A stretch of DNA of 64,000 bases from Octopus sinensis (lineage: Eukaryota). The notes beneath the pieces were generated by a model that did no database searches, was not told the origin of the DNA, and saw only the letters and a list, made by a program, of their open reading frames with translations. This document shows positions 38,130-52,372 of the stretch, piece after piece. The translations under genes were made by a program, and so were the position numbers. The stretch lies in contig NC_043016.1 in the NCBI RefSeq assembly GCF_006345805.1, forward strand, positions 620,001 to 684,000. The letters are read 5' to 3'. Each line of letters begins with the position of its first letter. Position 1 is the stretch's first letter.

Positions 38130-38700
38130 AAGCCATATTTCACGACACCATATATCTTATGACGTCTTACATGTAATGATAACATCCATATTATAACCCA
38201 TGTCTTATGATACCTTATACGTTATGCGCTCTTATTTAATCTTATGACATATCCTAGGGTAAACTCAAGAATATGTTGTCATATCTTGCGATATAAGCAA
38301 TCTTATGTAACTTATATTATGTTATAATCTTACGATGTCTTACATCACATCATTGCTTGTTACTTATGTTATGATGTCACATATCTTACGATATCACATG
38401 TGCCATGTATTAAGATAATATATATATCATACAATATTTATGTTTTTTGATAGCTTACATTTTATCATAATCTATGCGTCTCGTATTTCATCATAATTCA
38501 TATATTATGATAATCTATAACTTATAACAGCTTATATCTTATGATGTCTCCTAGTTCCTGATAATCGTTATCTTATGACCACACAGGTATTCTAGTGTAT
38601 TATGAAATCTTATATCTCGTTATCTCGCACATTTTATCAAAACCCATGTGTTATGTATATCTTTTATTTTACAATGCTTTTTGTTACCATGGTTATGTTG
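38130..38700. repeat. Highly degenerate atatcttatg-like minisatellite
   Basis: tcttat/cttatg/atatc motifs recur at roughly 5-15-nt spacing throughout. Confidence 0.6.
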
Positions 38701-38731
38701 TAGCCGTTTGTTGAGTTATGTTGAGTTATAT

Positions 38732-38765
<34 letters not shown>

Positions 38766-38899
38766 AAGTGTGTGTGTGGGAGAGAGAGAGAGAAAGAGAG
38801 AGTGTGAGTGTGCATGAAGTGCTGTTTCTGGTTTTACTGATCAAATTAAATTTACATGATCCATCCTAATCAATGAGTGTCGAACAAACAAGTGAGACT

Positions 38900-39330
38900 C
38901 TATGCGGTCACGTGAGCTACTGTTAGAAAGTGCAGCCAAATTTTCTTGAAATCCTGCTATATTGTCTAGAATAAAAATGGTTATTAGATCATATGGGTTT
39001 GGATTCCCTGGAAACTGTATAAGATGAAATGGTCACAACCGCAATTGCTTTCATCACAGGTCAACTCTATCAAATATGATCTGTGTTAAAGAATAACATC
39101 GCGTGAGAAATCCTCTACGCAATTATTTGAACAGTTAGAAATAGCAGCCAAATCTTCAAGTCACATTAATTCGCCTTATAGAGAGGAAGTAAGCTATATT
39201 GGCTAATGTAAGTTATATTGACTTATATTGGGTACGTATACAAAAAAAGGCAGGACTGGCATAACAGGAACCCATTTTGTCAAACGTCTGCCGAATCAAG
39301 ATTAATCTAGGCTTAACAACAAGAATAGCA
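38900..39330 (+). repeat. Two degenerate copies of an unclassified dispersed repeat (ttagaaa.agcagccaaat motif)
   Basis: gttagaaagtgcagccaaatt at about 38922 and gttagaaatagcagccaaatc at about 39135. Related reverse-strand motifs occur at about 4980 and 11485. Confidence 0.45.
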
Positions 39331-40129
39331 AAAACAACTCGCAGAGAAACGTCCGAGGAAACTGGTGTTCGTGGTGGTTGCTTTGTAGTGCTGGTAATAA
39401 TTTTACAGTGAATTTGTGAGGTTCGAATACGTTACTTTACGATGATAGAAGGAAACAGAAGATAGCTGTCATTCAAGACTAGCACATTACGCGTAAATGT
39501 TTTCCGTTCTGGCTCTGACAAAAAATCAATTTCGAAACGTTATTATTCCTCTTCTCTTCCACCAGCAACGGTTTTCGAACTTCCCCAAACTCATAGTCAA
39601 CCAAACAGTCAATTTGCATGGAAGATTTAATCCATCTGCACAACACTTGGCTGTCTTAAATAGTAACCGTTTCTTAACGGGCTTTCGGGTCAAGTTTTGT
39701 TCTGTCTCTGGATATTTATACACAGCTTTCTACCAATAGTCACCTCTGAGATAAAGTCCTTTATTTCCTTCTCCAACTTCTCCATCCTTCTATCAAACTC
39801 GAAATGGAGTTCATGAAAGATAGTTAGTGGGGTTGCTCTTCCTCATCTGCATGAACAAAGAATTCCCACCCCATCAAAGTAACTAATGGAATGAATCAAT
39901 TGATAAGATAGCCTCAACACGGCTGCTCGTTCTGCTATAGATAACAACCAAATCTTTCGTCCATACCTAAAGCCATATCACTTTACTCAAGGAAACAATA
40001 TATTAAATAATGTCGTACCTGAAGAACTTAAAATGCCCGATGGCCACGAAAGGAACGTTTCTAAATAGTGACCACAAAATTGCAATGGTCTGCTCACATT
40101 CTCATGGCCGTCGTCGTTCTCCTCCTTCA

Positions 40130-40800
40130 CCTCTTCTGCTCCTCTTCCAGCTAGGCCTTCTCCGCATCACCATCATCACCACCACAACCTACAACATCAT
40201 CGACCTCATCGTCACCATCAACTCAACCATGATCAACATCATCCTCATCATATCATCACCGCCGTCATCATCATCATTCCCCGTCGACGTCGACGAAGTC
40301 TTCATCATTATCCTCATCGTCGTCGTCGTCGTCTCCCTCATCAACATCATCGTCATTCATCGTTATTAATCGTCCACGACATCCTTCTTCTTCTTCTTCT
40401 CTTCTTCTCATCTTCTCATTTTCTTTTTCTTCTATTTCTTCTTCTTCTCATCATCATCATCATCATCGTCGTCGTCGTCGTCGTTGTTGTTGTTGTTCTT
40501 CTTCTTCTTCTTCTTCTTCTTCTTCTTCTTCTCCTCCTCCTCCTTCTCGTTGTCATCATCATCATCATCATCATCATCACTAAAAAACAACGACAACAAC
40601 AACAACAACAACAACTATATTAACAACAGCAATCAAACTAACCAATTTCATATCACCAGTAATTACACAATCTCCACACGCAAAGTTTTGGATTTGATAT
40701 TAATATCTTTCCGCTGCTGCTGCCTCTGCTGATGGTGCCGTTGTTACCACTTCTAATGCTACTGTTGCTCTTGTTGCTACTGTTGTTGCTGTACTGTTTT
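40130..40800. repeat. Compound trinucleotide microsatellite
   Basis: CAT, CGT, TGT, TCT, CCT and CAA runs. Confidence 0.95.
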
Positions 40801-41348
40801 TTTTTTTTTGAATTTTTTTTCAAAGTCTCAGAAAATAAACAATTTTTGAAACAGTTTTAAACGATATATATATTTTTTTAAACAAACGATTGTTATGTGA
40901 GAAATTACTTCTTTGTGTGAGATATCTACGTAAGTACGTAACGCATACACACACACATGTGTACACATACACGCACACATGTGTACACATACACACACAC
41001 ACACACACATATGTGTGTGTGTGTATGCGTGTGTATGTGCACATATGTATGGCTATATGCGTCTATTTTCTTGTAAGTATGCATAAAAAATGTAAGCACA
41101 TAGATGTGTAACATTCATGTATGTTTGTGCGTGTCTGTATGTATACAAGTTGATACATATACACGCACATACATGAGTGTGTACGCACGCGCGTATTATA
41201 TATATGCATATATATTTTATTATATATATATATGTATATATATTTTATATATATATATATGTATATATATTTTATATATATATATATGTATATATATTTA
41301 TATATTGTATATATACATATATATAACATATATATATTTATATATATA

Positions 41349-41379
<31 letters not shown>

Positions 41380-41756
41380 CCACATATCCACAAGACACAT
41401 ATGTGTGTATATATGTACACATATTTACATATGAAAAAATATATGTAGTTTATATATTCTATATACACATACATACACAGAAAATATAGATATATAAAGA
41501 TGTATATATCTGTATATACAAACCTATGAACAAGGGTATACGTACATGGCTATACGGAAGATGGATGATCGGATTCTTTTGTTCTCAATGCGTTTTAAAT
41601 GTCAAGAGAAATACTACAATTCAATATATAGTACCAACTAACTCTCACAAGTGACTCTTTATATATTCATATGTATGGTGTATATGTCTCCCTCTGTGTT
41701 GTCTCTCATTCTTCATATGTATGTTTGTGTATGTGTGCGCATGTGTGTGTGCCTGC

Positions 41757-41846
<90 letters not shown>

Positions 41847-43027
41847 TTATGGTATATATATACATGAGTAGACTTGCATAGAAATACGTATTTATGCGTG
41901 TATGACGAATATTGTGTGTTTTGGTGTTGTGTTTGTAGCCACGCAACTATATATAATATAACTATTATAGACTGTAACCGCTCTCTCTCCCTTATACATA
42001 CATATATATATATATATATAGTATATATATATATATATATATATTATATACATATACATGTATATGTTATATAGAGATAAATAGGAATATATATGCGCAT
42101 ATATATGTATTATGTGCCCATGTATATATAGATGTATAGATACACACAAACACGCAAACACACGCACGCTCACACAATAAACATATATATGTAATAAATA
42201 CATAAACGTACACTTAGATAGATATATACTTACATATATATATACACACACAGACACCCATAAATATATATATTATATACACATATATATATAACACATA
42301 TCATATATATATATATATTCGTGTCTATATGCATACAAATATATATAATGCGCGTAATTCACGCCTAAACATATATATATATAATAACTACCCATTCTCA
42401 CTCACACTTATCGTCTTTTTCACACACACGCACACACATGCAAACATACACACACACACACAAAAATACACAGACACACACACAAGCACACACACATACA
42501 CACATTCATACAAACATACACACATACAAACATATACAAATAGCTTGTTTCACTTTGTGAAAAATATACAACTGTGTTATAACATACAATATAATATAAT
42601 ATAGCCGCCATAGAAGATAACTGTCCAGAAAGTATTTTAAAAATAGAATAAAAAATATACAATAAAGATTTTAAAAAAACAGCAACATAATTGAAAGAAA
42701 ATATAAACATTTACTTCGATATTTATTTTTGTAAATAAATCGACTGGGAAACATAATACAAATATGATAGGAAAACCTAATTATATCGCAGTTATTGTTA
42801 TTGTTATTTTCGTCAAAGTGAAAAATATGTCTTTGAGTCCAGGGGTATGGGTATGGCTATAATCGGTCAGTGTATGCAACTCGCACACGCGCACAAGGAG
42901 ACAGACGATGTATTCTTTTTACTTTCTTTCAACATTTCTACGAGATTTAGGACTTTTTTCTCTGTAAAAATTGCACGTATAAACAACTGAGATATATGTA
43001 TATAAAAAAGCAATCGCCTTGTGTGTG

Positions 43028-43072
<45 letters not shown>

Positions 43073-43128
43073 GGGAGGGAGAGAGAGAGAGGGAGGAAGA
43101 GAGAGAGAGGGAGGAAGAGAGAGATAAG

Positions 43129-43149
<21 letters not shown>

Positions 43150-43162
<13 letters not shown>

Positions 43163-43330
43163 AATTGCAATTTCTGGCTGTCTGTTACCCTCTTAGTGCC
43201 TAAACCTTCGAACCAATATTCACGAAACTTTGCATACATGTTACACTAACATCCAATTTAATAACAGTTTAATTGGATTTCAATTAAAATCTATAATATG
43301 CCCCACCAACAGGGAGACTGGACGAATTAT
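43150..43330 (+). mobile_element. Possible 5' part of a non-autonomous Helitron-like element
   Basis: tatataaattgcaatttctggctgtctgtt...gaaccaatattcacgaaactttgcataca parallels 57173-57280. Confidence 0.3.
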
Positions 43331-43510
43331 ATAATAAAATGTGAAGGCTATAAAAAGTATTTGTATAAATGAAAGGGAGTGACAGAGGGTGGGAGCTATA
43401 TCAGTGAAGATGAGAATAGCGGTGGCAATGGAATACTAATGTTATTACAGCTGTCATATACATGCGACGGTGCATACATACATTCGTAAATACATAGATA
43501 CAACACACAC

Positions 43511-43554
<44 letters not shown>

Positions 43555-44263
43555 AAAAAGGGGATGTGAGGACTACGTAGATTTAAGAAGACTGGGGGTA
43601 GGTCGCTTTTCTGCTGTCCATCGCAAACAAACACTTACACAGACACACACACATACATGTATATATATACATATGTACATACATGTACATAAACATACAT
43701 ACACATACATGTATATATACATATGTGTATGTGCGTCTCACCCTCTGTCTCTCTACATTTGTAGGGCATTTCTTGTTGCTGTGACATATTGTGAGATTTT
43801 AAAATTTCCTTAAAATTTAGTATATTGAAAAAATTTCCACATAATATTCGATTTTGATATTTATTTGTACAAGAAAAGTTGCAAAAAATGTTACTGAGCT
43901 TAGTCAATTTTACCAAACCAGAAAACAGGATTTCGAAGCTGGCATTTTCTGCACCAAAACTGTCTATCACGAAGTGAAAGCAAAATCAGTAATAAGCAAA
44001 CGAAAGCAAAGCATTACGATGACCAAAGTTGTAAGAACTTCTAAAGGTTTAATGAATAAAGTCGTGTGAAACGGTCGAACAGACATGTAAGTAATTTTAA
44101 AAGGAAAAATATCCTCAACGACGATTTCGGCGAAAAATTCCACAATTGTTTCCTGATTAAGAGGCTTATCTATAGGGGAAGGCATGATCTAAATGGAATA
44201 AAAAAATGTTATATAAGACATTCTATTGTAAAAATTGCCTGGCAAGGACGGGTTATTCAGCTA

Positions 44264-44304
<41 letters not shown>

Positions 44305-44740
44305 TGAATGAAAAGTGCATTAAATACTAAAAGACTTAGAAGGACCCTAATTCTTCATCAGTATTCAACCGAAATGGTAACATTCAGTTTCATGCCTTGA
44401 ATGATAAGGCTGAGAGATTCGTTACCTATCAATTTCGTCTGTTTGGCCGAAAAGTCGAACTTTCGTATGACAACTCTGTAACGCTTTGTCTGCTCGAGCG
44501 CTAATTCTCCACAAATCTTGTGGGTGCCGCCTATATGTGAAGTCCTCAGTCTTGTCATTAAAGGTATGACTGAGTATTAAAATTTTAGTTGACAATTGAT
44601 GCGGAGTTGCGGCCCTTCTGAGTCTGTCCTACGTGTACGTCTTTCAGTATTTAACGCGCATCTTTCATTATTGAGTAACTGACGCCACACTTAGCGACTT
44701 TAGTTAACAGTAAGCTTATATATACACACAACGCACACAC

Positions 44741-44775
<35 letters not shown>

Positions 44776-45093
44776 TAATATACACATAATATATATATAT
44801 GTATATGTAAATATACTTTACATGTACATATATGAATCAATATATTAATCTATATATATATATATATAGAAGCAAAGTAACACCAATACATAGTGCGTGT
44901 ATTTTTATTGGCTAAACTGGCAAAATGACCATTCCGAAATACAACAATGTCTGTTTCAACAAACGACTTCACATAAAAAATCTTGCACAACAAATATATA
45001 AACGTAATATATATACACACATATACATAAATACTTATACTTATTTATATTAATGTACCTACGTATACGAATGAATGTGTTTATGTATCTCTC

Positions 45094-45125
<32 letters not shown>

Positions 45126-45547
45126 CACACACACACACACATATATATATACAAGACACGTATGCATACAAATTATGCGTAAAGCAATGTGAAGCAGAAA
45201 TGAAATATACCTAAAGATTACAAAGCTTCTTAGTAGTGGATGAATGCGATATTGTAAACGCATTCCATTTTTTGTTTTTGTTGAGCAGGGAATACACGAC
45301 AAAACAACGGAAGAGGAAATCCCATCACTGACCGTTTTACTGTTCGTCGATTGTTTCTCACAGAAGACTAAATCTTATTGGAAAAGGAACCTCAGTATGT
45401 TTTGTCACTGGACCAGTCGAAATGCGAAAATAGGTCAAGATTTCTCTTTTATTCCATACGTGAGAAACATAAAGCATTTGCTTACTCTCTAATTTCTCTA
45501 ATTTCTCTCACTGTTACAGTTTGTAATGTATCTGTCTATCTGCAATG

Positions 45548-45626
<79 letters not shown>

Positions 45627-45638
45627 TTATCTATCAAT
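45548..45638. repeat. (TATC)n microsatellite
   Basis: Directly visible. Confidence 0.97.
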
Positions 45639-45640
45639 CT

Positions 45641-46146
45641 CTCATCAACTTCTTCAAGTATCACTTGAAGAGGAAAGTGAGAGTAGAGAGGCAAGTTTTG
45701 TCTAGTGAATGTTTTAAAAAAAGATGGGTGAATGTAGCAAGGATGGCACGTATGAATGACGAAGCCACCTTGACAATGATTCTATGAACCGTAAAAAATT
45801 AATACAGAGAGTTGTTATTTGCAAAAAAATGAGAAATAAAACATGTGACTTCATGACGAGGTTACCGTGGTCTTTTCCGTAGACTTTTCTTTCCACGAGT
45901 AAACCTCACCTGTCCTCCCCTTTACATCATATTGACATTTCTGTGATAACGATCCCTATTGATCATCTTTTTTCCTTTCCCTTTTTTAAAATTTTATTTA
46001 CACCCCCCCTTTTTTGGTCCTTTTTCTTTCCATTTACGATCCCTTTTGATCGAAAACCAAACCCCCTTCTTTTACCCCCAAAAGAAAAGCTCTACCTTGT
46101 AATTTTGTCCTGTCTGTGTGCAGCCCTGTGTGGCTAATAAAGAAAC
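45641..46146 (+). mobile_element. 5'-truncated Tx1/L1-clade LINE (ORF2 C-terminus plus 3' UTR)
   Basis: LINFFKYHLKRKVRVERQVLSSECFKKRWVNVARMARMND is homologous to 23555-23690. It is followed by a pyrimidine-rich UTR ending aataaagaaa, with (TATC)n on both flanks. Confidence 0.75.
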
Positions 46147-46499
46147 ATATCTATCTATTTATCTACCTATCTATTTATCTATCTAGCTAGCTAGCTAACA
46201 ATCTATAAATGCATATCATTTAAAGTGTGTTCGAGAGACTGGAGATTGTGTGAGAACGTGTCTGTGGGTGAGTATACCTTTAGGCGCATGTATAACAGCA
46301 TCCAATCATATACTCTACACACTAACTATACAATACTGTAACACCACTCATGGAATTCTCATCATTTCCAAATTATATAGTCCAACCCTCACGTCACATA
46401 ATCTATACAATCACCTTCAGATACTATAATTGATTCTCCAATAAACAAGGAAAACACTAAGTCATGCAACAAGAATAACTACGCAGCGTACGCCAACAT

Positions 46500-46900
46500 A
46501 GATGAAATAAGATTCAATATATTATCCATCACATCTCCGAGACGTAAATGCGAATCTGTTGATTCAATCAAAATATCATATGAAGCTATACAAAATTATA
46601 TAAACTATATTTAAAACTTACTCTCTAAAATTTCCTGACATCGACAACATTTTCGGTACCATGATGCGGATATTTCATATACTACACAGCCAGGAAGGAT
46701 TAACCTCTCAACGTTCTCTGGATTAATCCGAACTATGGCAGTTGGAGAGATTCTTACTTCGAAGATGATGATAATCTGTAACAATAAAAATAATGTTGCG
46801 TTCCTCGCAAATGACTATTCTGTTACTGACCCAACCAACTGTTTACCTTTAACACCACAAAACGTTCCATGGATCACATGATTGCATATTTATAAACTTC
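46500..46900 (+). mobile_element. Very degenerate CR1/Jockey-type RT fragment
   Basis: Remnants such as cctgacatcgacaacatt (PD/DNI-like) and ggcagttggagagat (WR) occur in RT order. Heavily mutated. Confidence 0.3.
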
Positions 46901-47019
46901 TTTCTATAGATTTTAATCAAAAAGTTTAATCAAATATATAATTTCTCTCAAAAATATTGTCCGATCGATTTAACTCCTAATACCAAATTAGACTTGGTAA
47001 TTAATTGCCGAACATATTA

Positions 47020-47233
47020 TTGGCTTCAAATTTTGGCACAAAGCCAGCAATTTCAGAAATAGTGTAAGTCGATTACAGCGAGCCCACCTTTCAACTGATA
47101 CTTATTTTATCCCCCGAAAGGATTAAAGGCAAGTTAGGGCACGGCGGCACTTGAACTCCGAACGTAAAGACGGTCGAAATGCCGCTAAGGATTTTGTACG
47201 GCATGCTAACGATTCTACCGGGTCGACACCTTG
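47020..47233 (-). mobile_element. SINE family B, near full length
   Basis: ttttggcacaaagccagcaattt...aagtcgattac...cttattttatcccccgaaaggattaaaggcaa...ttgaactccgaacgtaaagacgg...gctaacgattct. The tRNA-like head is on the minus strand. Confidence 0.85.
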
Positions 47234-48344
47234 ACCAACATATTATTAGTAACAAATAGTAGTGGAGTTGATAAAATAGCAAAATGTATCTAGAATAAGG
47301 CCCCATGAATCACTTCCTGTTAATGGCTCATCACAATTTCAAACGGGCAAATATTTGATATTATGATAATCCTCTTGGAAAATTGATGAAGAATAAAGTG
47401 TCAGTAATTTGTTATATTGTCCAACAGCACCTTGACTGTTAGCACCAAACTCAGTCGAACATCTAAGGGAATATTCTAACGTAACAGTATTTCTTGTTTT
47501 TACTGTTCTAAATATAAATTATGACCGTCAAGTTTAGAGAAAGCTGGTGTCCAAACTCATTCCTTACGTTCCATTCTCGGTTGATTTAGAATTATAGCGT
47601 CTTGCTTCAGTTTTCTCCACGCTATCACGAAATATGGCAAAAATATCAAACATACTTTGGATAAGAAAAATATAAATGTAAAAAAAAAGTAAAAACACTA
47701 CACTACAAGGTATGAAACAAGTTAAACATGCGATTTGGAATGTTATCTATAAGCATTGAAGAATAGATGAAAGTAAAAAGTTGCGAAAGCTGTGCAAATG
47801 CGAAGGAAAATATCAAAACCTCATCCAAGTAACAAAAAATACCATTTATGCCAGTTGCACATTTGCAGTGTCTGTCTACACAAAAATGTCTGTTTTATTG
47901 GAACAGAAAGTAACATCGTGATTTAAACCTAACTTACAGACAGCAGAATGGGGCTGTCTTATATCATAGATATTACCACATATTGTATGGTAGTGGAATT
48001 GAAATATGTTAGTTGGTAAATATAACTATGTACCATACGAAGCAGAATGGATATGCTTTAAGTATTTTGACATACCTTATGACAACAAACTGGATGTATG
48101 TTACATCACGGCTATAACTATATAACATAGTATAACAGGGAGGACGTAGATGTTGTTATATAGCTTAGGATTCCTGAGAAGATGTATATTATATCATAGA
48201 TATACAATCTCTTCGGCAAAATGTCGTTACATGTATATCACAATAGTTTGACAGACAACAGTTTTGCTGCAAAAATTAATGTTCACTGGTATTCACAGAG
48301 CAGAGAGATAGCCATATTGATAAGTATAGAGGGAAATAGAAAGA

Positions 48345-48371
48345 GAGATAGATAGAAAGATAGATAGAAGC

Positions 48372-48452
<81 letters not shown>

Positions 48453-48535
48453 TGATTGATAGATAGATAGATTGATTGATAGATAGATAGATAGATAGAT
48501 GATAGAGATAGATAGATAGATAGATAGATAGAGAG
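48345..48535. repeat. (GATA)n microsatellite
   Basis: Directly visible. Confidence 0.97.
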
Positions 48536-49024
48536 AGGTACAGAAATACACATACATACACAGAAACACATACGCATACAAACATACCCACACATATTGC
48601 TATATACCATGATAACAGAACAGAAGTATATTATAGAGATACTATAGATATTATTATATACCATATAATAACGAAGTGGATGTAGATCGGAAATTACTAC
48701 AAGCCTTTTGATAACTGAGCAACTGAGTTAATGTATATCATGGATATTGCAGAGTAAAATATGATAGCATATCATAAATATTATTATGCATCTCAGGCTA
48801 ACAGTGCAGAAGTATGTTATATCACAGGTAGAGTGTGAGGCGATAGGTTGTGGTGTATAATATGCTGTTTTAAAAGGAACTTTAAGGAGGTTGTAGAGAA
48901 AACAATGATTAATGATTAAAGAACAAATAAAACAAAAGCGTACAAAGGTTAGAGCTCTAAATGTTTAATATATGGTGTGACAGAACAATCTAAAATATAG
49001 TTGTGAAAAACTAACACCATAATC

Positions 49025-49091
49025 CTCATGGTTATGATAATAAGTTTGACGACGGCTCTGGTGATGATGATGGTGTTAATGATGATGGTGT

Positions 49092-49130
<39 letters not shown>

Positions 49131-49560
49131 CGTTAATTATGGGGAAGATGATGATGATGATGATGATGAGAAGGAGGAGGAGGTTAATGATGATGATGTT
49201 GGTGATGATGATGGTGAGGATGATGATGATGATGGTGACGAGAACGACGACGACGACGATGCTGGTGATAATGATGGTGAGGATGGTGGGGATGATGAAG
49301 ACGACGCTGATTGTAATGATGATCGTCGAGGTGTTTCCGTCGAGAAATAAAGGTGGCTTTAGTGGTGGAGACGGGAATGGAAATGATGAAACGATGACGA
49401 CGGTAATGATGATGATGATGATAATGATGATGACGATGCTGGTAACGATTGTGATTGTTGAAGGAGATGACGTAATGGTGGTGATCGCAATGATGACCAC
49501 AATGGTGATGACGATGGCATCTACGACGACGATGTCGATGATAATACATTCGCAGAAATT
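49025..49560. repeat. (GAT)n/(GAC)n/(GGT)n degenerate triplet tract
   Basis: Directly visible. Confidence 0.9.
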
Positions 49561-50057
49561 GATATGTTGAGAAGCAGCCAAGTTATTGCTTCATCCACTT
49601 TTCAATAAAGTGAAAACTGTTGAGTGAATTTCTCAAAATGGTGATAGCCAAAACATCTAATGAGACGAAACGTCTAGAATGAATGGTAAACATGAAATAA
49701 AAAAAAAAACCTGGTTTTGCTAATACCAACTTCTACAAGAACTGTAATTAGCTTTATAAAGTCACTTCTAATTTTATTTCTGAAAAATATATCATAATTC
49801 TATTATTAAAATGGTATAATATATACATATATACATACATATATATATATATATATAGACACACATATATATATGTATATATATATTACATACATATATG
49901 ATGTATATATATGTATATATATTACATATATATATACATACATGTAATATATATATATAACATTTGTAGATATATATAAATATATATGTGAGTGTGTGTG
50001 TGATGTTATAGATATACATAGATACATATTTCCACACACACACATATGTGTAGTATG

Positions 50058-50096
<39 letters not shown>

Positions 50097-50099
50097 ATA

Positions 50100-50130
<31 letters not shown>

Positions 50131-50832
50131 ATCTATTATATTTATGTATATATATATATGTGTGTGTGTGTATGCATATATATATATATGCATATATATT
50201 ATATATATAAATACATACATACGTGCATCAATGCATACATACATAATATATACATGTATGCGTGTTTGTGTTTGTGTGTGTGTGTGTGTAATTATTTATT
50301 CAAATTTTATTTTCAATTTAATTTCCTTATTTTTGATTCCCAATTTTGACATTGATGGTAATTTAAAAAATATAACTTTGGAATTTAATTATATTTTCCA
50401 TTAGTTGGAAGATTGCTAGAGGTAGAACAATACGCTTAAACAAATAATTTTAAAGGCCCCTTACGAACGTGAGTGTCGGGACACATTCATTCTGTCTTAT
50501 TGGTTATTATTTTTAACATGACTCACCCAGAGATAGGAGGACATACTCATGATATGTTTATATCGCCTCCAAGGATTGTGAATTGAGTGGGATAGGTAAG
50601 AGAAAAGCTTGATTCACGAGTGGCTTAATAGAAGCAACATGTCATGACACCAAGTGATTCTCAGAGACTTGGGCGGAATATATAATAGTTAAGTACCAGT
50701 ACTTGTCCGTGTCTTAAAGTTTCCTGCTTAAAATCGTGGACCAGCTGTGATAATTACCGTATATTGATTGATATACTCTGTATAATTATTGAGTACCGTC
50801 TGCTTCGAATGTAAAGTCACATGTATTATAAA

Positions 50833-50880
<48 letters not shown>

Positions 50881-51871
50881 ACACACTCACACACACACAC
50901 GCACACAAACGCACATACACATTTATACTATTAATTACAAATAAAACAATAAACATTAACTGGGTAAAGATCTCGATATGCGTAGCAGACTTAAATTTTT
51001 ATTTTTGTTAAAGATACAATAACATCAGACTTTTACCAACCCTAGCTTATAAATTTACAATTTAAATATACATATACAAAGATATGTACACACACAAACA
51101 TGTATATATACATGCACGTACAGATACACAGAGTGAAAACTATAGCGAAATATGGCAGAGAGAACAAGAGAGAAAAATAAAACGAGAGAAGAAGAAAAAG
51201 ATTAGGGTGAATTCAAAAATACTATAGTCGCGGCAGAAGAGAAAAGAGCGAAAAAACCTCTTTAATGAGTGATAATTAGTGACGCTGTCTGCTCGAAATC
51301 TTGTAGTGAAATTCGAAGTGAAAAATGGAAACTATTATCAGAAAACTACAAATTAAACATTGAACATCACACGTTAGCCACAGAGATTACCATCAGCGTA
51401 GTTTCTAAATGTTTCAAATCCAAAGACTTTAAATTCTAAAGTTACTTCTACTTTTGCTGAACCACCGTTAAGACATATCACTAAGGTTGGAGAGGTCACA
51501 AAGAAATGATCTCACCACTACTTATTATTTCTTCATCAGTGCCTTGGACTTCCTTTTCATTGCTCTCTCACATTTTCTTTTTATCCTCTCATTTTCTGTA
51601 TCTCTTGTAACTCACTGCTGCTACAGCGAAGCCAGTCCCAACGTTCCATTTCTTCGTTTTGATAGCTATATGCCAATATCACTCGGGTTATACTATGCAT
51701 ATGTATATATATATATATATATATACATATATATGTCTTTCTTTCCTTGAAGAGAAGATTACATTGTTTTACACCATTTCATTCCTTTGGAATAATACCA
51801 ATGCTGTCGTCGAAGCATGTGTCGGAAGTAAAAGAATTTGAATAACAGCTGCGTTTAACTCCATATATATA

Positions 51872-52230
51872 TGCATTGGAACACACAAAAAAGAAGCGAA
51901 ACACAGGCGCGCGACTGAGTTGAAGGCAGATTTACTTCTGCCTTTATAGCACATAAACAAAACGATGTTGTATGAGTGTACGCAGCACGTGTACTGCAGC
52001 AGTTTTAAGCGATTGAAAGGTAGGCGCGAATTATGCCTACATAATCTACAAACAAAAATAAAAGTTTCTATTTTATGCATACTAATCAGAATACCCTTCA
52101 TCAATCTATTGAATTAGGTGCATATTTAGCCCTAAAGGAAATGTTGCTATCGATCTATTTTATTCAAGGTAGGCATTGCCTACCTTGCCTACCAAGGCGG
52201 TATATATATATATATGGATATATATATATG

Positions 52231-52262
<32 letters not shown>

Positions 52263-52283
52263 TATTTATATATCTATATATAT

Positions 52284-52317
<34 letters not shown>

Positions 52318-52320
52318 TTC

Positions 52321-52372
<52 letters not shown>

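Noticed and set aside
39640-39790. Resemblance of GEGNKGLYLRG...YKYPE to acyl-CoA synthetase motifs
   Set aside because: There is an in-frame stop, no supporting motifs and no splice context.
45290-45420. Minus-strand FPIRFSLL*ETIDEQ*NGQ as the Helitron/Pif1 helicase motif FP.RLAFAMTINKSQGQ
   Set aside because: Two stops, a register mismatch and no flanking helicase motifs, so it could be chance.
49655-49678. Hammerhead-like CTAATGA-gac-GAAACGTC
   Set aside because: Core substitution (A for G) and no helix II.
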